A stretch of 64,000 nt of DNA from Acidobacteriota bacterium (GTDB lineage Bacteria; Acidobacteriota; Vicinamibacteria; Vicinamibacterales; 2-12-FULL-66-21), in contig QHWT01000046.1 in the NCBI GenBank assembly GCA_003222675.1, positions 51,987 through 115,986 on the forward strand. Direction: 5' to 3'. Positions 27,634-35,978 of this stretch are shown in pieces. The notes under the pieces are model-generated. The model was not told where the DNA came from. It was given only the letters and a program-made list of their open reading frames with translations, and did no database searches. The position numbers were made by a program, and so were the translations under genes. Within the stretch, counting starts at the first letter, position 1; each line of letters starts with the position of its first letter.

Positions 27634-27972
27634 GTGAACGATCAGGACCTCGAACAGCTGCTGAATCGGTATCGGCCGGCGGGCCCGGCGGACGATCTGC
27701 TCCCGCGAATCATCACCTCACCAGATCGCCAACTCAGGAAATCTCCTCGGGCGTGGCCGTGGGCGGTAGCGGCCGCCGCGTTGCTGGCGGTGACGATGGC
27801 GTTGCACGTGTCGGCGTTCGTTCCAAGTCCTGAACGGACGTCGACGGCGCAGGCAGATTTGGCGCAACAACTTGGCGGCGATCCGCTTGCGGATCGAACC
27901 GCGCAATTCATTCTTGCTTCACAGGTGGCGCGTGACGCGAGCGAGGACCAAACGCCATGGGACACCAGGTGA
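27634..27972 (+). CDS. putative single-pass anti-sigma factor
   Basis: Immediately downstream of the ECF sigma gene. Short cytoplasmic N-terminus, one TM helix (WPWAVAAAALLAVTMALHV), GTG start. Call is by context only. Confidence 0.5.
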   Translation: MNDQDLEQLLNRYRPAGPADDLLPRIITSPDRQLRKSPRAWPWAVAAAALLAVTMALHVSAFVPSPERTSTAQADLAQQLGGDPLADRTAQFILASQVARDASEDQTPWDTR

Positions 27973-29417
27973 CCGACCCGCGGGTAGCGCGACGCAGTTC
28001 GTTTCGTACGCTTGCGATTGTGGCGTTCGTCGTGCTTCTGCCGCTTGCCGCGCATGCGGTCTGGGACCAGATCGAGGCCACTCGATTGGCGCGCGTCGTG
28101 AAACAGTTGCGAGCGCGTGGTGAGATCGTCGATCGTTCTGACGAACGTCGGCCACTGGCGACCGACGAAGAGCGCCAGGCCTCGCGGCTCTATTACGCGG
28201 CTGCGATGCTCGCCGCTGACGGCATTCCAAAGGCGAAGACATCACCGTCAGGGGCGATGTCGAATCCACGGCTGGAGTTGGCAGCCGCCCTCCAGGAACT
28301 CGCGCGTGTTCCTGGCCTTGTGCATCAGGATGATCCGCGACTTCGACCGTTGAAGGCGGTGGTGCAGAACGCCGATGCGGCGTTCATCCTGCTCGATCGC
28401 GCGACACCGCTCCCTTTCGAGCGGTTCAGTCCCGAACGCGGCACCTACTCGTATCAGACGAGCGACCTGATGCAGCTGGCAAGCCTCAATGCGCTGCGCA
28501 CTGACCTTTACTCGCTACAAGGGGACGTCGGGAAAGCCGCGGCCGCGCAGTTCGCATCGGTGCGCCTGCAGCGTACCCTGAAGGGTCTCCGCTGGATGCT
28601 CTACCCGGGCACTTTCGGCAGCCTGCAGCTGCTCCTGCGGCGCACGATGCCCGATCCTCAGTCGCTTGCCCGACTGCAGGACGCATACGAGCACCTTGCC
28701 AATGATGATGGCCTCGCTGACGATCTGACCGACCGTCGCGCGCAGATGATCGAAAGCGTCTGGCCCACCACAGCGCGTCCGTTTTTTGCGCAGCGTCTCG
28801 GTACGCCCTGGCAACGCCAATGGAGCAACGAGAGCCTGACGTTCGTTGCTCTGCGACCGTGGATCACGCACCAATTCATCGCGCGTTTGAAAGAGCTCGA
28901 TCGAGCGATTGCGATTGCGCGAGAAGGATGGCCCGACAAGCTCAGTCACGAACTGTTGAATAGCGGTTCTTCACCCGCCGTGCACCAGGCCATGACGCCC
29001 ATGCCTGGGTGGGTTTCCCGGGTGATGTCGCGCAGCGGCGTCGGGCTGCTGGTGCCGCCAGCCGGCGAAATGATCTCGGGCGGCACGATTTCGCGAGCGG
29101 GACGGACGCTTGCCCAGAATCGCACCTCGGTTGCGGCGCTGGCGATTGAACGGTGGCGCCGCGCTCACGGGGGTGCCGCCCCGCCGTCGCTCGAAGCGCT
29201 CGTGCCTGAATATGCGCGAGAGCTGCCTCGCGACCCGTTTACCGGCGTTGCGCTCAAATTCGTACGCGCAGGCGACAGTTACACCGTCTACAGCGTGGGG
29301 ATCGACCGCGTGGACAACGGAGGAGACATCGACGAGTGGCGACCCGACGTGCGCAGTTACTCGCGCGCGACTGAACGTGACATCGGCATTCGGGTGCCGC
29401 TCAGGCTGCTTCAATGA
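27957..29417 (+). CDS. membrane-anchored hypothetical protein with pseudopilin-like C-terminal motif
   Basis: N-terminal TM (FRTLAIVAFVVLLPLAAHAV). The C-terminus LPRDPFTGVALKFVRAGDSYTVYSVGIDRVDNGGDIDEW resembles the DP(w/f)G...Y...y.l.S.G.D...G.DDI ending of GspG-like proteins. Overlaps both neighbours, giving an operon-like arrangement. Confidence 0.55.
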   Translation: MGHQVTDPRVARRSSFRTLAIVAFVVLLPLAAHAVWDQIEATRLARVVKQLRARGEIVDRSDERRPLATDEERQASRLYYAAAMLAADGIPKAKTSPSGAMSNPRLELAAALQELARVPGLVHQDDPRLRPLKAVVQNADAAFILLDRATPLPFERFSPERGTYSYQTSDLMQLASLNALRTDLYSLQGDVGKAAAAQFASVRLQRTLKGLRWMLYPGTFGSLQLLLRRTMPDPQSLARLQDAYEHLANDDGLADDLTDRRAQMIESVWPTTARPFFAQRLGTPWQRQWSNESLTFVALRPWITHQFIARLKELDRAIAIAREGWPDKLSHELLNSGSSPAVHQAMTPMPGWVSRVMSRSGVGLLVPPAGEMISGGTISRAGRTLAQNRTSVAALAIERWRRAHGGAAPPSLEALVPEYARELPRDPFTGVALKFVRAGDSYTVYSVGIDRVDNGGDIDEWRPDVRSYSRATERDIGIRVPLRLLQ

Positions 29418-29863
29418 AGAGAAAGGACACGACTATGTCGGCATCTGTCTTGGCGATAATGGCGCTCGTCATGACGAATGGTGCGAAGGCGACCACTTAC
29501 GCGATGACCGTCGAACTGCAGAACGCTCCAGCGTGCTTGCACGACGAGAAGACGGAATCCGCGGAGCAGGCGGCGCGTAAGCGGAGCGCTCTCGGCGCCA
29601 CGCGCGCGATCAACACGGCGGAATCGCGGTACGCGGCCGCGAACAAGCGCTACGGCGCGCAGGGCGATCTCGCGGGCCTCCTCGATCCGCGCTACAACCT
29701 TGGGGCTGATCCGGGCACCGAGATCGTGCCAGGGTTCACCCTCACGCTGGACGTGTCGGAGAAGGGCTACTGGTTCGAGGTTAAAGACACGACGGATCCG
29801 TGCGGCTTCAGGTTCATCAGTAACCAGCAGGGATTGATCTTCACGGCCCGGCCGATCCAGTGA
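29414..29863 (+). CDS. small secreted hypothetical protein
   Basis: 149 aa with a signal-like N-terminus and two Cys residues. Start overlaps the upstream stop (ATGA). No family recognised. Confidence 0.5.
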   Translation: MKRKDTTMSASVLAIMALVMTNGAKATTYAMTVELQNAPACLHDEKTESAEQAARKRSALGATRAINTAESRYAAANKRYGAQGDLAGLLDPRYNLGADPGTEIVPGFTLTLDVSEKGYWFEVKDTTDPCGFRFISNQQGLIFTARPIQ

Positions 29864-29904
29864 ACACGAGAGGTGTCAGTCAGGAGTGCTGCGTCTGAAC
29901 ATCC

Positions 29905-31011
29905 CTACACCCTCCTGAGCCAGCGTCGGCCGTGGATGCTGAAGTCCACGAGATCCTCTTCGCTCATGTTCGTGAAGCCGCGCGCCTTCAGGTCGCGCAC
30001 GAGCTCCGCATCGACGTCGTGAATGCGGAACTCGACGAGGCGATCGATCTTCACGCTGCCATACCCGACCTCGCGCATCTGCCGGATGAACTCCGGCGTG
30101 ACGTTGTGGATCCGCATCTTGACGAGATCATCGACATCGACATTCTTGTAGCCGAGATCGTTCAGCGCCTTGACGAACTCCGGCGTCACCCCGTGGATGC
30201 GCATGGCGACCAGATCGCTCGCACCGAGGCTCTTGTAACCGAGATCCGCGAATGCCTTGATGAACTCCGGCGAGACGCCGTGAATGCGGAACTGCACGAG
30301 TTGATCGAGATCCGCGTTCTTGAATCCGAGCTCCGCCATGCGCTTCACGAAATCCGACGACACACCGTGAATGCGGAGCTGAACGAGCTTGTCGATCGAC
30401 AGATCGCGATAACCGAGATCGCGCATCTCCTTGATGAATTCCGGGCTGACGCCGTGAATGCGCATCTTGACGAGATCGTCGATGCTCGCCTGCCCGAGAC
30501 CCTGCCGCTTTACTTCCTGCGCGAAGGCGGGCGTCGCGCCGTGGATGCGCGTCTTGATCAATTCGTCGCGATTGGGGTGGTAGCCGGCGTCGCGATAGCT
30601 CGTGACGTACTCACGACTGACGTCGTGGACCGCGAATCGCCAGATGTCGTCCATCGAGAGCGGTGTGTAGCCGAGGCGCGCCATGCCGGTGACGAAATCC
30701 TCGCTTCGCACGAACCGGAACTCGCCCGATCCACGGCCGTTCCTCATGCGGCCATCGAAATCGAACGTCCCTGCGTCGCGCTGCAGCGTGAAATGGACGG
30801 GGCCGTCAGCCTGTCGATCGGAGAGAGCTGAAACGCCGAAGCCGGCATTGCTGTCGTCGCGCTCGAGCTGTAGGTTGATGAGCCGCTCGTTGTTGCGCGT
30901 CCAGTAATTGGCCGTGTCAGAGTGCCAGGTCCCCGTAATGGGAGCACCAGTCGTGGGCTGGTCGCCGACGGCGACTGCGGTCAGGCATGCGGCAAGAAAA
31001 AGATGCTTCAT
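29905..31011 (-). CDS. secreted protein made of ~9 tandem 29-aa repeats (RIHGV[ST]PEF...LGY....D.LV)
   Basis: Signal peptide [16 protein letters not shown]. Repeat units include [58 protein letters not shown] and [29 protein letters not shown], with an 87-bp DNA period. Confidence 0.75.
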   Translation of the reverse strand: MKHLFLAACLTAVAVGDQPTTGAPITGTWHSDTANYWTRNNERLINLQLERDDSNAGFGVSALSDRQADGPVHFTLQRDAGTFDFDGRMRNGRGSGEFRFVRSEDFVTGMARLGYTPLSMDDIWRFAVHDVSREYVTSYRDAGYHPNRDELIKTRIHGATPAFAQEVKRQGLGQASIDDLVKMRIHGVSPEFIKEMRDLGYRDLSIDKLVQLRIHGVSSDFVKRMAELGFKNADLDQLVQFRIHGVSPEFIKAFADLGYKSLGASDLVAMRIHGVTPEFVKALNDLGYKNVDVDDLVKMRIHNVTPEFIRQMREVGYGSVKIDRLVEFRIHDVDAELVRDLKARGFTNMSEEDLVDFSIHGRRWLRRV

Positions 31012-31055
31012 GCCTGCTTAGATGGTTGGGTCGGTCCCAGGGTTGGAACTGGCAT

Positions 31056-31661
31056 TCAGCGGTCGAGCAACCGCGGATCGGCCATCATCCGCGCGCGGAG
31101 CTGGCGGAATGCCTGACCCCGATGGCTCACGGCCGCCTTGCGCGCCCCATCGACCTCGCCGAGTGTGCAGCCGTACGGCGGGTAATAGAAGATGGGGTCG
31201 TACCCGAATCCATGCGTGCCGCGCGGTTCCCGCGCAATCTCGCCCGCAACGATGCCAATCGCTTCCGCGAGGATCGCGCCGCGATCCGCAAGCGTCGCGT
31301 GCGCAACGAATCGTGCGGGGCTCGTCGGCAATCCGCGCGCCTGCAGCTCGCGATAGATGGCGGCGAACTTCGTCGGATAGTGTGTGCCGTGCCACCGCGC
31401 GGAGTGGACCCCGGGTCCGTTGTCGAGTGCATCGATTTCGATCCCGGAGTCGTCGGCAACCGAGGGCAGGCCCGAATGCTCCGCGTAGTACAGCGCCTTC
31501 AATCGCGCGTTTGCGGCGAACGTGCTGCCGGTCTCCTCCGGCTCCGCGATCCCCGGGAACTCCGACAGCGTCCGCAGCTCGAACGGGATGCCGTGGAGAA
31601 TCTCCAGGATTTCACGCTGCTTGCCGCGATTGGTTGTCGCGATCAGGATCGGAGTGCTCAT
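31056..31661 (-). CDS. rdgB: non-canonical purine NTP pyrophosphatase (RdgB/HAM1 family)
   Basis: ORF 31056..31853 trimmed to MSTPILIATTNRGKQREI.... Motifs ADDSGIEIDALDNGPGVHSARW, GFGYDPIF and SHRGQA. The upstream part of the ORF is a translation of the decamer array. Confidence 0.9.
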   Translation of the reverse strand: MSTPILIATTNRGKQREILEILHGIPFELRTLSEFPGIAEPEETGSTFAANARLKALYYAEHSGLPSVADDSGIEIDALDNGPGVHSARWHGTHYPTKFAAIYRELQARGLPTSPARFVAHATLADRGAILAEAIGIVAGEIAREPRGTHGFGYDPIFYYPPYGCTLGEVDGARKAAVSHRGQAFRQLRARMMADPRLLDR

Positions 31662-31678
31662 TGTGCGGCGACTGCGGA

Positions 31679-31738
31679 GGCTGACGAAGGCTGACGAAGG
31701 CTGACGAAGGCTGACGAAGGCTGACGAAGGCTGACGAA
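31679..31738. repeat. perfect decamer tandem repeat (GGCTGACGAA)6
   Basis: Counted directly. Starts 18 nt upstream of the rdgB start codon on the transcribed (minus) strand. Confidence 0.95.
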
Positions 31739-32072
31739 GGAAACGGATTCTCCAAACGGAGCAACGGAGATAACGAAGACGAACGGAGGGTGCCCCTGCA
31801 ATACGGCCGCAGAGACAGGCAGACGACGCGTCCGCCACGGCCGGCCTAAGCAACGTGTGCCGGCCCCACGGAGGTCACGCGAGATCCGGATACGAGCAAC
31901 CCCGAATACCACGTTGTTCGTATCCGGACTCTCGCGTGACCTCCTGCCGCGCGAAGCGCGGCGCGGCGGACGCGTCGTCTCAGTGTCTCCGCGCCTGGCG
32001 CGTCTCAGCGTGACGCGGTGTTCTTCGTTTAACTCCGTTTTCTCCGTTGCTTCGTTTTTGAGATCCGTTTCC
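31739..32072. other. 334-bp nested inverted-repeat element (MITE-like or structured RNA) between rph and rdgB
   Basis: Terminal imperfect ~50-bp inverted repeats (GGAAACGGATTCTCCAAACGGAGCAACGGAGA... / ...TCTCCGTTGCTTCGTTTTTGAGATCCGTTTCC). Inner pair CAGACGACGCGTCCGCC (31820-31836) / GGCGGACGCGTCGTCT (31965-31980). Central 26-bp pair GGAGGTCACGCGAGATCCGGATACGA (31870-31895) / TCGTATCCGGACTCTCGCGTGACCTCC (31918-31944). Three additional local hairpins. Confidence 0.8.
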
Positions 32073-32092
32073 TCCGGCCCGCTCCGTCGTCT

Positions 32093-32824
32093 TCATTTCT
32101 TCACGAACTCTCCGACGACGCTCTTCTGCATCGCGATCAGCTCCTTGATGCCGTTGTCCGCCAGGTCCATCAGCGCATCGAGCGCGCGCTTGTCGAACGG
32201 CTGCCCTTCGGCGGTTCCCTGCAGCTCGATGAACCGTCCGTCGCCGGTCTTGACGAAATTCATGTCGACCTCGGCCTTCGAGTCTTCGTCGTACGCCAGG
32301 TCGAGCAGCGCCGCGCCGTCGACGATCCCGACGCTCGTGGCCGCGACATAATCGACGACCGGCACGTCGCGTATGAGCGCGAGCTCGCGCATGCGCTGCA
32401 GCGCGAGCACGAGCGCGACGAAGCCGCCGGTGATCGACGCGGTCCGCGTGCCGCCGTCCGCCTGGATGACGTCGCAATCGATCCAGATCGTGCGCTCGCC
32501 CAGATCCGTCATCTTCGTCACCGACCGCAAGGAGCGGCCGATCAGCCGCTGGATCTCCTGCGTCCGCCCGCCGACCTTGCCGGCGCTCGCCTCGCGCTGC
32601 GTGCGCGTGGAAGTCGCTCGCGGCAGCATGCCGTATTCCGCCGTCACCCAGCCCTTGCCGGTGTTGCGCAGGAACGGGGGCACCCGGTCCTCAACGCTGG
32701 CCGTGCAGATGACGCGCGTCCGGCCCACCTCGATCAAGACCGATCCTTCGGCATGCGCGAGAAATCCAGGAGTGAGTTTCGTGGGGCGAAGCTCCGAGGC
32801 AGAGCGTCCGTCACTGCGTGTCAT
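32093..32824 (-). CDS. rph: ribonuclease PH
   Basis: [44 protein letters not shown]...[13 protein letters not shown]...[15 protein letters not shown]...[18 protein letters not shown]. Confidence 0.95.
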   Translation of the reverse strand: MTRSDGRSASELRPTKLTPGFLAHAEGSVLIEVGRTRVICTASVEDRVPPFLRNTGKGWVTAEYGMLPRATSTRTQREASAGKVGGRTQEIQRLIGRSLRSVTKMTDLGERTIWIDCDVIQADGGTRTASITGGFVALVLALQRMRELALIRDVPVVDYVAATSVGIVDGAALLDLAYDEDSKAEVDMNFVKTGDGRFIELQGTAEGQPFDKRALDALMDLADNGIKELIAMQKSVVGEFVKK

Positions 32825-33407
32825 GAGCAACCCATTCGAGGCTCTTGGCGAGCGGATGCCGCAGGTCCACATGACCCGCGAGGGTGTCGGCTTCCTTGCC
32901 GTCAATCAGGATCTGCACGCGTGTGATCGCGGGCAGGTTGACGGTCAGGGCATTGACGATCGTGTAGACCGTGAAGATTTCGTCGAGCGATCCGCCGGTG
33001 TGCTTCGTGCTCACCTCGGCCGAGAGATCCACGAACGCGTCGCCGCGCTCGGTCACAAACACGTCGCGGATCTTGGTCTCCGCCGGGATCGCCGAGACCA
33101 GCGGTGCGGAAGACTCGATCTGCGCTGCGACGATGGCGCGCGCCTGCTCGGGCACCGTCGCGGCGAACGGCACTTCGCGCTGCGTCCCTATGAGCTGCAT
33201 GCCGTCGTCGCTCACGTAAAACAACGTCGCCGTGATCTTTCGCGCGGCCGCCGGAGGCTGCTGCGCGGCGGGAGTGGCCAGAGCAGACGCCGCCGCCGAC
33301 GCCTCCGGTTTCGGCCCGTACCAGCGCGGAAGCCCTACGAAGAGCACGAGGCCGCCGGTCAGCGCCACCAGCAGGATGCCGGCGATTGCCGCGGCCCGCG
33401 CGTTCAT
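32811..33407 (-). CDS. GerMN domain-containing membrane-anchored protein
   Basis: N-terminal [23 protein letters not shown]...RGDAFVDLS...[26 protein letters not shown], typical of GerM-like domains. Confidence 0.75.
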   Translation of the reverse strand: MNARAAAIAGILLVALTGGLVLFVGLPRWYGPKPEASAAASALATPAAQQPPAAARKITATLFYVSDDGMQLIGTQREVPFAATVPEQARAIVAAQIESSAPLVSAIPAETKIRDVFVTERGDAFVDLSAEVSTKHTGGSLDEIFTVYTIVNALTVNLPAITRVQILIDGKEADTLAGHVDLRHPLAKSLEWVAHDTQ

Positions 33408-34969
33408 CGCGTACCTGCCGCGGATGCGCCGCGGAAGCGCACAATGCCGTCGACGAGCGCCTGGACGATGCCACTCTGGTACTCGTCGGTAACCAGCTGC
33501 TGTTCCTGCTGCGGGTTGGTGAGGAAGCCCATCTCGACGAGGATCGCCGGCATGTTGGCACCGCCGAGCACGCGGAACGGCGCCTGCTGGATCGCGCGCC
33601 GGCTCATTGGAATCCGCTCGCGCAGCGCCGCTTCAACGGTTCGCGCGAAGGCCGCGGACTGATCGATGTAGCGCGCCTGCGCCATCTCCCAGAGGATCAC
33701 TTCGATCTCGCGGCTGCCGCCGCCGAGCACCGGTAGCGACTCGGCGCCGCCGTGCGCGACGCGCTGCGCTTCGTCGCCGTACTCGGCGAGGTTCAGGTAA
33801 AAGACCTCCGCGCCGCTCAGCCCGGAACGGACCGACGCGTTCGCGTGCAGGCTGATGAAGAGATCCGCCTTGTTGTTGTTCGCCACGGCGGCGCGCTGGT
33901 CGAGCGGTAACGTCTGATCGCCGTCGCGCGTGAGCAGCACGCGCACGCCGAGCCGTCCCTCGAGCGTCCCTTTCAGCCGACGTGCCACCGACAGCGTGAC
34001 GTTCTTTTCAAGCGTGCCTTTCTCTCCGCGCGCACCGTTCTCGTCGCCCCCGTGCCCGGGATCGATCACGATCGTGCGCAGCCCGCCGGGGGGCGGAAGC
34101 TCGAGAAGCGGTGGGGTCTCCGTCGCCGGAGGAAGCGCGGGTGCGGCAGTGCCGGGCGTCGCCGCGGTGTCCGTCTGCGCGACGAGATCGATCACGATAC
34201 GCGTGACGCCGCCAGGCGCGGGTTGATCGGCGGTACGGAACGATCCGAAGCGCGGGCCGAGATCGAACACGATCGTCGTCGGCTGATCGCCCGGACGGAT
34301 CGCCTGCACCACATCTGCACCTGTCGGGGGTGCCGGCGGCGTGGGCAATTGCGCGTCGAGCGCGTCCGCCTCGAATCGCACCAGCAGCCGTGCGCCTTCT
34401 TGCGTGACGGCATGCGGCGTGGCGGGAGCCACATCGAGCGTGACGCGCGTGAGATTGCCAAGCACTTCGACGCGACCGGCAATCCGCGGCATGCGGACAT
34501 CACCGACCAGGATCAGGCGCGACGGCTTCCGCAGCTCGAGCGGCGAGCCGAGAATCGGCGCGAGCGCGCGGCTGACGAAATCCACCGGCACGAGCCACGT
34601 GTGGCTTTCGTACACCGGCGCCGCCGGCAGCGAGATCATCCGTCCCGCCACCGACGCGAGCGGTTGCTGCGCCGTCAGCACGATCGTCTGGTTGTTGACG
34701 CTGATGGTGAGGCCGCCGGCCAGCGCGTCTTCGCGCACGGTGAGCGTGAACAGCCGTGCCAGATCATCGAGCGCGAACATCTCCTGTCCGGACACCGTGC
34801 GGACGGCAAGCGGCTGACGAGCGCTGCGCGAGAAGACGGTGTACGGAGCCGCCGGAGCCGGCGCCTGAGCCGCGAACGTTGCGATGGTGAGCACGATCGC
34901 CGCGGCCGCAACTGCCGCGGACAAGACTCTCGCATGCAAGGTAAGCAATGATCGCATGAATTTCGTCAT
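33404..34969 (-). CDS. N-acetylmuramoyl-L-alanine amidase (AmiC-like, with AMIN-type N-terminal domains)
   Basis: IVIDPGHGGDENGARG...EKNVTLSVARRL...DQRAAVANNNKADLFISLHANAS...EMGFLTN. Start set at MTKFMRSLL (34969); 34957 is also possible. Confidence 0.85.
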   Translation of the reverse strand: MTKFMRSLLTLHARVLSAAVAAAAIVLTIATFAAQAPAPAAPYTVFSRSARQPLAVRTVSGQEMFALDDLARLFTLTVREDALAGGLTISVNNQTIVLTAQQPLASVAGRMISLPAAPVYESHTWLVPVDFVSRALAPILGSPLELRKPSRLILVGDVRMPRIAGRVEVLGNLTRVTLDVAPATPHAVTQEGARLLVRFEADALDAQLPTPPAPPTGADVVQAIRPGDQPTTIVFDLGPRFGSFRTADQPAPGGVTRIVIDLVAQTDTAATPGTAAPALPPATETPPLLELPPPGGLRTIVIDPGHGGDENGARGEKGTLEKNVTLSVARRLKGTLEGRLGVRVLLTRDGDQTLPLDQRAAVANNNKADLFISLHANASVRSGLSGAEVFYLNLAEYGDEAQRVAHGGAESLPVLGGGSREIEVILWEMAQARYIDQSAAFARTVEAALRERIPMSRRAIQQAPFRVLGGANMPAILVEMGFLTNPQQEQQLVTDEYQSGIVQALVDGIVRFRGASAAGTR

Positions 34970-35012
34970 ATGATGACGCGGCCGATCATTGTGCTCACGT
35001 CGAGGTGCGTTC

Positions 35013-35978
35013 ATGCGATCGAGGTTCAGTCTTGCGGCGGCAGCCGCAGCACTTCTTATTAGCGTCGGCGCTCGTCTCACCGCGCAAGGTCCCCCGGCAC
35101 AACCACCGACTCCCGCGCCAGCAGGGCAAGCGCCCGCGACGGCTCAGCCACCCGGCGGCGGCCGCGGCCGTGGACAGGCAACGTTTCCTGCACAGCAGCG
35201 TGCGCCGGGTGATCCTGCTGTCATTCAGCGCGGCAAGACGCTGTACGAGATCAATTGCCGTCTATGCCACGGCGCCGATCTTCGCGGCGGCGACATGGGC
35301 GGCGTCAACCTGCTGCGGTCGCCGTTGGTATTGAACGACGAGGACGGCGAACTGATCCTGCCCGTCGTGCAGACCGGACGGCAGAATCCCGGCATGCCGG
35401 TGATGCCGCCATTCCCGTTGCCTCCCGACGACGTGAAGGCGATTGCCGAGTACATTCATAGCGTGGTCGCGACGGCGCGGCCACAGGGCGCACCCCCTGC
35501 CGGCGCCGAAGTCGCGCTGAATATCGTCGTGGGCGACGCGAAGGCTGGCGCGGCGTACTTCGCGTCGAAGTGCGCGTCGTGTCACTCCGCAACCGGCGAT
35601 CTGCAGGGCATTGCGTCGCGCGTATCCGAGCCGATGCAGCTGCAGAATCTCTGGGTCGCGGGCATCGGCGGTGGCGGCGGACGCGGAGGCCGCGGCACTG
35701 CGGCAGGCGCTGCGCCAACAGAGGCGTCGAGTCGGCGTCCGGTCACCGTCGCGGTCACGACCGCCGATGGTCAGCGCGTGCAGGGACGCCTCGATCGCAT
35801 CGATGACTTCATCGTCACGCTGACGTCTGCCGATGGCCTGCAGCGTACGTTCCGACGAGTGGGGGACGTGCCGAAGGTTGAGATCACCGATCCGCTCGAC
35901 GGGCACAAGAAGCTGTTCGTGCAATACACCGATAAAGACATCCACGACGTGACCGCCTATCTGGTGACTTTGAAATGA
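35013..35978 (+). CDS. di-haem c-type cytochrome
   Basis: Signal peptide. Two CxxCH sites (CRLCHG, CASCHS). Stop overlaps the start of the PQQ dehydrogenase gene. Confidence 0.8.
   Translation: MRSRFSLAAAAAALLISVGARLTAQGPPAQPPTPAPAGQAPATAQPPGGGRGRGQATFPAQQRAPGDPAVIQRGKTLYEINCRLCHGADLRGGDMGGVNLLRSPLVLNDEDGELILPVVQTGRQNPGMPVMPPFPLPPDDVKAIAEYIHSVVATARPQGAPPAGAEVALNIVVGDAKAGAAYFASKCASCHSATGDLQGIASRVSEPMQLQNLWVAGIGGGGGRGGRGTAAGAAPTEASSRRPVTVAVTTADGQRVQGRLDRIDDFIVTLTSADGLQRTFRRVGDVPKVEITDPLDGHKKLFVQYTDKDIHDVTAYLVTLK

Noticed and set aside
31662-31853. N-terminal extension of the rdgB ORF (track ORF 31056..31853).
   Set aside because: The extension is the translation of the (GGCTGACGAA)6 array (RQPSSAFVSL repeated) and adjacent structured DNA. 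The conserved RdgB sequence begins at MSTPILIATTNRGK (31661).
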